Assembly (NCBI GenBank): GCA_013265495.1 | Contig: MU058584.1 | Coordinates: 2,265,599-2,329,598, forward strand | Direction: 5' to 3' | Source: Vicugna vicugna | Lineage: Eukaryota | DNA: 64,000 bases | In this document: in pieces, positions 49,429-61,340 of the stretch | Layout: each line of letters begins with the position of its first letter | How positions within the stretch are numbered: position 1 is the stretch's first letter | Notes under the pieces: model-generated | What the model saw: only the letters and a program-made list of their open reading frames with translations | Told to the model about the DNA's origin: nothing | Database searches by the model: none | Made by a program: the position numbers and the translations under genes

Positions 49429-51704
49429 TGAGTCACCACGGCAGGTCTGTCCTCTGGGGGAGTCACTGATCCGGGGTTGGAACCCACGGCTGGACCTCTC
49501 CAAGGACTCCCATGTTCAGTGCCGAGCCCCCTGGAAGCCTGAGAAGGGTTCTCAGGTTGGGAAAGGCGGACTGCAAGGGTGGATGAGCTGTCGGGTTTCT
49601 CCAGCTCCAGGAAAATGTGTGATGGGGGGAGGAGATACGTTCTTACCGCCACTGCTACTCTGAGGAGAAGCGAGGAAGACTTAGCTACAGTGATGGGGAA
49701 GGCAGGACTTTTTGTTTTCATACCATGAGATGCCTCTTTCACAGGTCTGTGTTCTAACTATGGGCCAGTGGAGGTCATACTCAATATGACCGTGACCTAT
49801 TTTCTCCAAGAAAGACAGTTCAGATTGAGAGTTTCCCATGCTATATGTAGGCAAAGAGTGCACCCAGTTCGATTCAACAATTATTTATAACCAGTTACCT
49901 GAGTTTTAGGGATCCAAAATAGTAAGACATGGTCCCTTGGGCACAGAGGGGCAAGGGACTGTCTGATATGGGCCAAATTTTCAATCAAGATTTGATGTTT
50001 TCTATCTGACATTAACTTGTGACTTAACTTGTGGTTCAAAGAATTCAGTTGAAACCATGGATAGAAAGGTCCTTTAAGACAAAAACGAGACTACGGAACA
50101 GGTAATCAGCTCTTGGTCCCCCTCCTCTCTAGACCAAAGGATTTGTGCAAACCCCTTTGATTTCTTTGGCTTCTGTTAATCCAGCCTGTAACATGATAAT
50201 AGTCCCATCTTTCATCTACCCTAGTGGAGCGTGTTGATCATTGATCTAGTAAAGAAGTTCTCAGAGTGTGGGACTCCATCGTGATCTATAGTTCATCTTA
50301 AATTAGCCATCTTCTACAAGTGCACATTTCATCATTATTTCAGTTCCTGAATATAATCCCAATCTGTGATTTCTATTGTTAAAGCATTAGGTAGATATGT
50401 CAGGGTGGTCCACCATTTCACAATCTGGAGTTTTGTCCCTTTTCGATCAGACACACAGATTCTCTGCTCTTTAAACTTTTCCACCCCAAAAATCACGTGT
50501 TATTTAGCTCTCTTACCTGAGTATCTCTGTCGCTTCCCAAGTACGGTCTTTACAGTTCACAGACCTCTTTAAAACCCCCTTGGCATCTCCCGAACTCCCT
50601 TTTATTCATTGCATTTTGGGTCACGTGGAATATGAAATAGGAATGCCAGGTAGCAGACTGTGTCTCCATAGAGTGAGTCAAGAGAGAGTACAAATGAAGA
50701 GAGCTTTTCCCAGCTGAGCGTGGTGAGGAGGAGGAGGGGAAGCCAGAGCACCCCCTCCCCAGAGCGGGACCCCTGTGTGTCTCCCTCCCGCCGTGGCCGG
50801 CAGCCGGCCTGGCTTCTTTAAAGCAGACTGCTCCGCACGGTGCGAAGTGCAGGGACTGGTGGCCTGGGTCTGGTCTTTCCCCCGTGCTGTAGCCACCGCC
50901 ACGCTGCGTGTGTTGCTGACATCCCCATGGTAACGCCCCTCGTTAAAATGCTGGAGTGGGTGTTTATGTTGGCAGATACTGAAAAAAACAAAAAGAAAGA
51001 AAGAGAAAAAGAAAAGTTGGGCCCAGACTGGGTTCTTTTCAAGAAAGAAATCAGCGGGAAAGGAGGAGCAGAATGATTTTCTCATAGGATTTCTTCCCCC
51101 AGTGACTCTGCCGTGCCCAGCTGAAGGTCAGACTCTAAAAGACACAAAACTCGGCAAGCTTTGTACACAGTTCCTTTCACTTCTACCAGCCTCTGCCTAG
51201 ACTGTTCCAGTTGGCACCAGAGGACAGTCACTTGAAGAGAGGGTCTCTTTCCTGCTTCAGTTGCAACCTTTGAATCCTTGCCTCTGAGCCAAGATTCAAA
51301 ACTGAAACAACGAACCTATTGTCATCGTGATTAGCATTTATTTTGAGGGTATGTTCAGTAGGACTGAAAGAATATGACCCCCAAATGCCAACCCGAGGCT
51401 GAGCAAATGTTTTTTTTTTCCCAGCTCAAAAATAAATGTTTGCCTGGACCTCTTGATTGAGGTAGTTAATATCGCTCCCAGTGCTGTCTGTAATTGGGAG
51501 AAAGAGCTAAACAAACTTTAGTAAGAAAGACATACTCACTACGATGCTCATGTGCTGCTCTAAGCCATGCATGCGATGGGCAGGGCTTCATCAGGAAAAG
51601 ATTTCATGGAAGACAAATAAAATACAAGGGGGGCTTGATTCAGAAACTGGATTCGTCTTTGGAATGTATTAGGTGTAGAACTGAATGCTACTGCTTTGCT
51701 GTGT

Positions 51705-52180
51705 AACATTCCTTATATTTTCTGTTGCTGCGTAACACATTTCCACAAAGTTCACAGCTCAGAACAACACAAAGTTATTATAGCACAGTTTCTGTCATTC
51801 AGGAGTCCAGGTCTTTTGCTCCAGTCTCACAAAGCTGTCATCTCAGGGTCACCTGAAGCCGTGAGCTCATCTAAGGCTCATTCCAGTCGTGGGCAGAATT
51901 CAGTTCCTTGTGATTGTAGGACTGAGGTTCCCAGCTCTTAGCAGTTGCCCTCCTCATAGAGAGCATGCAACTTGGCTGCTTGCTTTCTTCCTGGAGAATG
52001 TCACCATTTTAAGGCTTTCACCTAATCTCCCATTTCATTAATGCAAAGTCAGCTGATTAGTAACTTAATCACAGGAATGATATCCTGTCATATCACAGTG
52101 CCCCACAACACACACTCAAGGGGAGGGGATGTCCCCCAGGGTAGAACCTTGCAGACCTTCTTAGGTTTCTGCCTTCCACA
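51705..52180 (-). mobile_element. MLT1E/F-like MaLR solo LTR
   Basis: TTTCTGTTGCTGCGTAACA...AACAACAC...ACAGTTTCTGT; GGCAGAATTCAGTTCCTTGTGATTGTAGGACTGAGG; ends TTCTGCCTTCCACA. Confidence 0.8.
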
Positions 52181-52286
52181 CTCCTCACCCAGCACCTGGC
52201 CCAGGTTTTGTCCACTCAAGTCGTATCCTTTTTCTCTTCCTTACATTGACTTCACTGTGCCAGAAAAGTTTACCTTAAAAATTCTA

Positions 52287-52350
52287 CTCATTCATTCATT
52301 CATTCATTCAACATTTTTTATTTCATTCTGTATACCAAGCATTGTGCTGT
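52287..52350 (-). mobile_element. LINE-2 3' end with (TTCA)n tail
   Basis: CATTCATTCATTCATTCATTCAACATTTTTTA...CTGTATACCAAGCATTGTGCT. Confidence 0.65.
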
Positions 52351-52914
52351 AAAACTTGGTAAGGTTATTGTCAAGACCATAAATATGTTTCTCTTAGTTG
52401 AAAGAGAGAGAACTTGTAGACCCTTTTAATGATTTTCAAGCAATACAGTAATTTTAACTTCTTTTTTTTTTCTCTGATAACACCTTGCTGGAAATAACAA
52501 TAAGAACCTAAACACATGGTTGGAAGTACTTCACCCTGGTAGATGGGGTTACATGATTGGCAAAGAGCATGGCAAGGGGGGGACATGCAGTACAGTCTGG
52601 TCAAACCGGCACTCTACTGAGATTTGTTTACTTCTGATTGAGTTGTTACTCTCTTCCAACTGCTATATTAGCCACTGGAATTACAAAGATGAAAAAAATG
52701 CTTATAAATGTGAGTCCCACCTTCAAGAGCTCATAATCTCCTGGGACAGTTGCTCTTAGGACCGAACTTAAAACTGCGCATGAGTGCGTGAAACTGGTCA
52801 GCCAGGTTCCCCTGAAGGGGAGAGAGAACCAGGGGGAGGCAGACGGTGATGGCTGTCAGAGGTGTGTGATGTTTCACAAATGGAAGGAATCACAGAAGCA
52901 AAGTCAGACAACAT

Positions 52915-53040
52915 AATTCAACTTCAACAAGCGTTACTGACTTGAATGCTTGCTACATGTTAGGCACCAGGGTTTCAAATACATGTGAACATGGCTGGCT
53001 CCTCCCCTTGAGGGATTTGCGGTTTAGCTGGGGAGACATA
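52915..53040 (-). mobile_element. LINE-2 fragment
   Basis: TTCAACAAGCGTTACTGA...TGCTACATGTTAGGCAC...TAGCTGGGGAGACA. Confidence 0.5.
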
Positions 53041-53339
53041 TGTGAACTTGTGACAAATGCTGTGGGAGAGGAAGATGCAGGGTGGTGTGAAGAGGCACGG
53101 GAGCATGAACGCCGCGAGTGTCTTTGGGGAACGGAGAAGCATATGATGTCGCTCGAGGAAATTCTGTAGAGCATGTGTGGGACTGGGGGCAAATGAGGCA
53201 CTGGGGGATGGAATGGATCCCCCGAAAGACCTTCACTGTCCCAGGGAAGATTCAGAGTTGTCCTGTTGAGCAGCAGAAACCCTCCGAGCTGTTTAAGGAG
53301 CAGATGTAGCCATTCACAGGCTAAGTTCTCAAACTGCAC

Positions 53340-53720
53340 CACTTGGATTTACATTCTTGCTATGACCCTGACTGTCTTTGTGACCTGGAATAAGTGGCTT
53401 ACCTTCCCTAAGACTCAGTTTTTGTGTCTCTAAAATGGGGATAATTCTATACACAGGAATAAATATGGTATCTGTATATAAAAAATAGATTTTAAAAGTT
53501 TCTGCTATATAGCACAGGGACCTATGTTCAACATCTTGTAATAACCTTTAATGAAAAAGAATATGAAAACAAATATATGTATGTATAAGCATGACTGGGA
53601 CACTGTGCTGTGCACCAGAAATTGACAACATTGTAACTGACTGTACTTCAGTAAGAAAAAAAAAAAGGATAATGTCTGGAACATAGAATTCATACAATAA
53701 TTCAGCTATAATATCATAAG
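53340..53720 (+). mobile_element. MIR SINE interrupted by an L1 3' fragment
   Basis: TGTGACCTGGAATAAGTGGCTTACCTTCCCTAAGACTCAGTTT...TAAAATGGGGATAAT lies before the L1; AATGTCTGGAACATAG...CAATAA lies after it. Confidence 0.65.
53470..53666 (+). mobile_element. Short L1 3' UTR fragment with poly(A), same family as 15230-16160
   Basis: CTATATAGCACAGGGACCTATGTTCAACATCTTGTAATAACC...CACCAGAAATTGACAACATTGTAACTGACTGTACTTCA plus an A-tail; aligns by eye with 15978-16120. Confidence 0.9.
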
Positions 53721-53738
53721 GATCACTATATTATACAA

Positions 53739-53769
53739 TTATTATTATTATTATTATCATCATCATCAT
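53739..53769. repeat. (ATT)n(ATC)n trinucleotide microsatellite
   Basis: Read directly from the sequence. Confidence 0.85.
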
Positions 53770-56274
53770 GATCAGATCCATGGCGTGGAGGAATTACTCC
53801 AGTGATTTTCTTGAAGATGAGCTGAATTAGAGAGAGATTGGGGAGGGGACCACTTTCGAGGCTTATGCTTCTGAAACAGGGGGACTGCAAAATAAGTATG
53901 AAATACTTTCCCCATTTTTTTGTTTCTGTTTTTATTTTTGAGTCTTCCCTTTCCCATTTTACTCAACTATTTGGAGGGAAAATTTCTTAAGATACAGATT
54001 GGTATATAATGGAGTAGCCTAAAGCAGGACGTTGTGAAGACATTTCGCGCCTTTGACAGCGTGCCCGGGGCTGTGAGTCCGCGCTCTCCTTCCAGGAGGG
54101 CTGCTTGGGCACTGTTTCGGGAAAGCATCAATGTAGAATTGTGCTGTCTAACACGTGGCTTGTTGATTTTAAATTTAAATGCATTAAGACCAAAATGAAT
54201 AAAGATTTTAAAGTTTAGTTCTTGAGTTAACACTAGCCGTGTTTCACCACGCAGTAGCCGTGTGCAGCTAATAGCTCCTGTATTGGAGAACAGAGAGAGC
54301 ATTTCTTTTCCTCTCTGAAGAAAATGCTTTCAGACAGCACTAGCAAGACCTTTCGATGACAGAGACAGTGGCTCCTCTAAACCCGTTTCAAAAATAGCAA
54401 TGACACTAAGGGTGGAACAGAAGAGACAGACATGAAATATAGAACTGGGGAGGCTTGCTCCAGAGCCAACCATCTGATGAAGACAAGAGAGCAAGGGGGG
54501 TTGAGAATCCCTCCCAGATTCTAACACAAGCTAGACACGCAAATACTTGAACGAGTGAACGAACAAATTAGCGAATGCAAGGGACCGTGTGTCTCTGGTG
54601 ATGTCATTATATGAGGTGGGTCACAAAGAAAATGGAGCTGATTTGGGTGAAACGTGGCAACTAGAAACACAGAGTTTGAGGTGACTGGGGTACGCAGCGG
54701 TAAGTGTGGCGATGGCTCTGGAGGGAGGCATTTGGGAAGAGACAATGCATTTGGTTGGTTAACAACATACACCTGCAGTGCCGACCCTTCTCACTCTGGA
54801 ATCACGGTGATTCGAAAGATTCCGTCCCTAAAGTTTAATCAACTGCCACATTTCTTAAATCTACCGGATACCCGACTATTCAAGCTTTCGGTTGGCTTGA
54901 AATAACAAATGTTAACACACTGAGCTGAAAACACGTCCAGCCAAAGCAAAGAAACCCGGTGTCTTAGTTCAAGTCACCTTATTGTCAGAAGTGTGTTCTT
55001 TTCACTGGGTCTCTTGAAATTCTGCAAAAGCCTGATTCTGAGGTTTCAAAGGCCCTGGATTGAGACAGTCACTGAAAGAGGTGACAAGTGTGTCGCTCAG
55101 AGTACAAGAGACCACCTACGGGAAGACTGCACGCTGCAGGGAGGAGAGAGTGGGAACAGCTGTCTGCGCCATCCCCGGACCCCAGCTCATTCCGGAGAGG
55201 CTTACTTTGAGCTCAGTTGGAAGTGTCCCAAAAAATACACAGTAACGCTCACGCAAACAGCAAAGGAACGAACGGACTCTCCCAATTAGGGAAGCCTTCA
55301 GGGTCCAGTCCCCCAGGCCTAAGACAACTGTTTGCTTTAGGCAAAGAGGAAACCGGAGGTTATCCAAGACTAGCCTGGAGACTGTTAGCCGCTTGGCTCT
55401 CTTGCTCCCGTTCCCATCATGCAAGAGCTTTTAAGGCATGCCTCCTTTTTAGTTGGACCTTTTAATCCAATCTGCCCAATTTCTGTTGCTGGGTGACCCA
55501 GAAACTCAGCATGATTTGGGAGAGTGACTTGGGCTTGGCATAATCTGGACAGATGTGGTTAATACCTACGGACAGATGGTGTTCATCCGGTAAAATCAGG
55601 CACTTTATTGTGTTAATTAATCCAAGTGGGACCCTGAAAATACAATATTAGCTGAATTTCCTGTCTAGCAAGTCGATCTGTGCTTTCTGTTGGCTTAAAT
55701 TGGAAAATTCTCTATCCTGGCCTAACTGGGGATGTTCTGGATTTTTTTCCCCAATAAGGAAAAGCTTTTGTTAAAAGCAAGAAAGGCAAAAGTGTTAATG
55801 GAGCTAATTTAAAGATAGATGGCCCACCTCCTCAAGGAGGTGCATGTTGCATCTGCAAGGAGCCCCCATCCCTAAGCGTCCCTATGTGATCCTCAGGCCT
55901 TAACTGGGAGGAGGCCATACAGTGATTCACACTCTAAATTAGTTCAATTAGCACTTTTTTTTTTTAAGGCAGAAGCATGCTTTTATTCAAAAAGTGGGTT
56001 TCTTCTCTTTTGCACCCTATAGATGAAATCAATTTCTCTGGGCTTACGTTTTACCACTTAGCTGTTCCTCCTTAAGAAGGACCGCTTCTTTCCTTTCGAG
56101 GGAGGTCAGGCAGTCCGGGGGTTAACTTCTGTCCATCCCCTGACTCTTCCCACACCTTTTAAAAACATTGCATGCACTTATATGGGGATAGAATGGAGGG
56201 AAGATAACTTATTTTTAACTTAACGGTTCCAGAGTCTTGGTATCATTGCCAGAAGGTGATCTGTATATAAGAAA

Positions 56275-56680
56275 CAGGCTGGGTTTTGTAGTCAAGCAGA
56301 CCTGAATTAATATTTGGGCTCTATTATGTGCTAGTTGAGTGAGCTTTGAACTCAGTTCTTCATTGGTAACTGGGGAAAACCCTATCTATCTTACCAGTTG
56401 TGGAAAATGAGTAACTTGGATTGACGGCCATGCACCTGGTAGGAAGAAACACTGTCCCCAACAAGCCTTAGCGTTTGTCATGGACCAGTCGCTGTGCTGA
56501 GTCCTTCCTGTGTGTGGCCTCATTTCTCCCTAACTCTCACCCTCTGAGGTCAGTATGACTCTTCCAACTTTGATTTGAAGAAGCTGAGTTTCGGAGAGGC
56601 AGCCCACATCACCCAGCTGGTATTCAGGTGGTCCAGGGTTTAAAACCAAGATGGCTGGATCCTGAAACTTCACGCTTCTC
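56275..56680. mobile_element. Two degenerate MIR fragments in opposite orientation (about 56275-56440 +, 56465-56680 -)
   Basis: AGTCAAGCAGACCTGAATT...GCTCTATTAT...CTCAGTTCTTCAT on +; CCCTCTGAGG...GAAGAAGCTGAGTTTCGGAGAGG...CACCCAGCTGGTA on -. Confidence 0.5.
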
Positions 56681-56948
56681 ACAAAGCATCCTTATATACC
56701 ACTCTGCGTAAATCCGTGTGCCTGCTCTCTGTTTAGCGGCCCCAACAGTGCACAGTGAAGTGTGTAACAAACACTTTCAGTGGTGCTTTCAGCATCCAGC
56801 CCTTTGGCGCAAATCTCCTCTTGCTCACTTTTTCCGCTCAAAAATGGGTCTTCTCCCAGAAGCAGACCCTCTTCTGGCCCTTTTTATATGCGTTTGGTGT
56901 GAACTTTCCTTTTTTTCGTTACCGCTGTTGTTTCCTTTCCCTTTATGA

Positions 56949-57113
<165 letters not shown>

Positions 57114-59019
57114 TAGCCTGGTCGTGGGGGGGTTGCAAGGAAGGGTCTTGGAGGTCCTGCTTTACTGAACTGTCGTGCCTTGTAAGCTTCGTTCACTAAA
57201 GCCTTGACGTGGCAGGGTAATAAGCACGTGATGCCTATAAGGAAGTTTCCAGGTAAGTACCTCGAAAACCTTTAGAGGGGCCGGCAGAAGTAGGAGACTG
57301 AGTAGAGCACAATGTGAAAACGGGGAGAGGATTCTTCCCTCTGAGTTCTTTGTTGCTTCAAATGAGTGAAAGTTCCTACATGTACTTGGGAAGCCCCCCC
57401 TTTTTTTGCCCACCCCAGGAACTTTTTAAGAGTCAGTGAACAGAACTTTCAAATGAAAGGAATTCAGATATCCTCTCTTGGTGTACTCACTCTGTAACTG
57501 ATGGAGTGTAGGAATTTTAACATGTCACGATGATGGCGTTGGAATGATTGCACAAAATGTCACTGAGTGCCCCCTTCCCCCATAGATCAATAACCATAAC
57601 AGGTGCCTACTGACGTGGAAAGATACATGACATAAAATTTTTACAGACCCGGAGTCCTCAACATTAATATGGAGTAGAAAAGTAGGCAAGTTTTATATGT
57701 AACTACAGTTTGTCTACTCAAAGGATCCATCGAAACTTCTTCCTCAGTCTGAACTGCAGACACCACCCTACTCGTCTCTAGTGGAGACCAGTAGGAATAG
57801 TTCTGAAATCTCTCAGAGAAGGGTTTCCTCAAAATTACGTCACCTACAAGAGCATCAGAGGTACTGGCGTTTTCATAAAAGGGGAGAGGGGAAGTTGGGG
57901 AGAAGGGGATTACTTTAGTGAGAAACTTCACTTAACATTTTCCAAACGATGTAGACCCTGTTTTGTATAAACTGAGCCTCTCGGCTTCCTTGAACTGAGT
58001 CCTGGCTGCTCCTCCTCAGCACATCAACCTGTGTTTAGCTAAGCAGAATTAGGTCTAGTCGGAATCAAGGACTCCCCACAGGGGAGCTACAATGAAGAGA
58101 TTGCCAGGGTCTCCCCGGCAAGCTGTCAGCGGTTTTGCAGCAGCCTTGGAAACCCTTTTGGATAAGGCAGAAATCAACCCCCTTTCAGCCTGGACCTTCC
58201 GCGGGTGTTTGGACCCAGCTGGAGGTCATTTCCAGCCTTGGCAACCCTGGGAAAGCAGAACATCAGTGGTCAAATTCAGGCGGCCTGGTTTTATCTCGGT
58301 TTGTAGCCATTCTTATCTAAATCTAGACCCTTTGTCCCCAGGAAAAGAGAATTAATGGGTTTTTTTGACCCTTGCTGCACTATTTGAGGGATGGTTCCAG
58401 GTGTGAACCACATCAGTGACCCACAAACAGTGAATTTCAGGCATGAAATCTTCTCCTAAAGTAAAGTTAAATCACCATATTGTTTGAGTTCAAAGTCTGG
58501 GATTGAGAATTGCAAATCCTTATTGACAAAAGAATGAACTTCTTAGGATCTAGTCTGTATTGTATCTGAATAAAAAATGGAATCCTGGCCTGTTGCAGCA
58601 ACTTTCACTTCCTTCATTATGGAAGCTCAAGATGCAAACAGTGTGTCCATTAAAATGATTATTTCCGTGTACTGTATCACATTTCTCTTTCCTCCGTCCC
58701 TCCCAAGCCCATACCCTTTTTCCTTCCCCATCACTTCGCTTCCCCCCACTTCCTTAACGCTGTTCTCTCTGGAGTTCCTTCTTCCTCTTGGACCACTCCT
58801 GTTCTGTCTTCCCAGAGGATCTTTCCTTTCTACCTGTGCCTCTCTTTACCCCTCATCTCGTCATGTCCCAGCCCACAGTTCTTAACCATTTTTGGAAATC
58901 ACATATTCTTCTTTACCGTTGAGGCCTCTGTGATCCAAAAACAAAGATACGCTCGTATACTGAAACCCATCTAGTTACCATCCTCTCGTCGGATCCTTGA
59001 ATAGCCCTTCCTCTGTGCG

Positions 59020-59186
59020 AGTGCTGCCTGTAAGTGTAGCATCCGCAACACCCGAGAACTTGTTCGAAATATAAATTCTTGGGTCTCTCCCCAGTCCTGA
59101 ATCTGCATCTCTGGTGGGAGGGAGCAGAAGGCTAGAGATCTGTTTTAATAAGCCGTCCGTGCACACTTGACTCTGAAAAGCACGGT
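59020..59186 (+). mobile_element. MER5A-like hAT-Charlie MITE
   Basis: GCATCCGCAACACCCGAGAACTTGTTCGAAATATAAATTCTTGGGTCTCTCCCCAG...CTGAATC...TCTGTTTTAATAAGCC matches the recalled MER5A consensus. Confidence 0.75.
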
Positions 59187-59369
59187 TCTACAGTCTTAAC
59201 CCAAGTGATCCCCTCCGTGCTCACAGCTGCAAACTTGGTTCTATTTGAATATCCGGATGAGCCTTCTCTCCCGGAACACCAAATGCATGTGTCTTACTTC
59301 CCGCTGGACCTCACCGTGGCCTTTGCCCAACCAGCTCTTCAAACTTAACATGTTCAAAATGTGAATCAA

Positions 59370-59498
59370 ACTTCCCACCAGGGAATCAATCATTCGTTGT
59401 GTGTTTCTTGTCTCTGTGTCAGCCGTCTTTGTATCCCTGGTGCGTAGCACGTGGGGGACCCTCGTCAATGACTGTTGGACAGTGAGTTGATGAATGAA
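59370..59498 (+). mobile_element. LINE-2 3' end fragment
   Basis: TCTTTGTATCCCTGGTGCGTAGCACGTG...CAATGACTGTTGG...GATGAATGAA. Confidence 0.5.
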
Positions 59499-61178
59499 AA
59501 CGCCGATTCTGTTGTGTTCAGGGCAGGTGACATCCCCCTAGTGGACAAGGCAGGAAATGCCTGGAGGGACCCAGGATCTTCCCTATGGGAGCATCTATTC
59601 TCCTGTAGTAGGGAGTCGTCCACGTGTCCCTTCTCCACCCTCTTCCTCCTCACCTTTCTCTCACATCGCTGATTTAATTAGACCGCCAGCATTTCCTTTT
59701 TTCCTCTAAAATCATCCCAAACCACCTTCATCTTTCCCCCTTTCTTCCAGCTCACCCAGCTACCTCAGAAGACATCTCCCTGCCTCCTTCCTCTCGTCTT
59801 CACTTACAACTCAAAAAACCACCACGATTAGGATTGATTCATATGAATAGTACAAGTTACATCAAGAAAGACATGCGTTTTGGAGTTTTAGAGTGAAATT
59901 AGAGATATGGTCCTTGAAAGGACCCAGAAGTGCCCTTCTAATTTAACCGCCTTTCTGTAGGCACCCATATTTACAATAAATAAAGCATTTTCTCGTGAAT
60001 TTTTTCTCTCTTGTTTACAAATATTGCAACGGTATGGTTTGATTTGTATAACAAAGGCTTGGCATTTCTGCTGTAATACAAGCTGTATATGGTCTGTGGG
60101 GGATAGCCTTGTAAGATTTTTTTTTTAATTTAACTAATGCACTTAAAAAAGTAGTATATAGTTTGCAAGAATTTTCTTTATCTGCCATTGTTGGGGTAAA
60201 TTAAGTTACATGTGGTACATGTGTTGCCAACTTCTCCTTTCCTCACCAAATTCATGGTTTGTTTTGTAATTGTATAAAACCACAACATTTTCCCTTGAAA
60301 TCACATCTGTAATATGGGGTGTAAAACTGTCCTCCCTCAGAGTGAAATTATGGGAGTAAAATTTGAGTTTCACTTGTGTCTAGAAGAGGTCTTGGTATAA
60401 AGGGAACAGGGACACAGAATCAAGCCAGGACAGCCACTGTGAGCCACATGAAGGAATTAAATTAACCAATGAAAGTAAATTGGGTTTATTTTGTGTCTTG
60501 GTGTTAACATTTAAAGCCTGGAATTCAAAGGAATAATCATTGGCATGCTTCAGTCTTTCCTTATGTAAATAACACCAAGCTTTGCACAAAATACTTAGTG
60601 AAATCTATTAGGTTGAATTATATTGATCCAAATGTCTATAGGACAGGGCAGCTAAGAATCCTGTCCACATTAAAGTTATTTAACTAATAAAAATTTGAAA
60701 TTAATCCTTCCATGAAAGCACCCATATGTTGACATAGATTTATATGGATGTTTCAAGGTCTGTATATTTTGACTGCCCAAAGTCAGCGTTAGCATTGATA
60801 AGTAACTACAGGCATTTCTCCCGGTGTTTAGAAAATGCTGTGTTTATTTGAGTGTCATCTACTTAAGAGGTAAGCAAATTGAAACTGCTTGCCCTAAACT
60901 AAAAGGGTCCTAGTTAAGTGAGCAGCTCTTCCATAGAAAAATTTGTATCACAGCAGTTTTGCTACATTGTGTTATTATTAAGCATGAGAATCTCATTTTA
61001 TGTCGTTCCTCCCCTCAGAGCTCTCACTTCAGGTCTTTTAAGTGATGTTGCGAAATCAGAGATGGGTTAAGAACAATTAGCCTACCTCTTCAACCCTCTC
61101 CTAAGCACTTCCTTTTCTTCAGTGATGTTTGTGCAGAATGAAATGGTAATTTTCTCATCTTCTTTTACACCGTTCTAG

Positions 61179-61340
<162 letters not shown>

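Noticed and set aside
56275..56680. Inverted MIR pair forming dsRNA upstream of exon 5
   Set aside because: Both copies are too diverged to show extended complementarity by eye.
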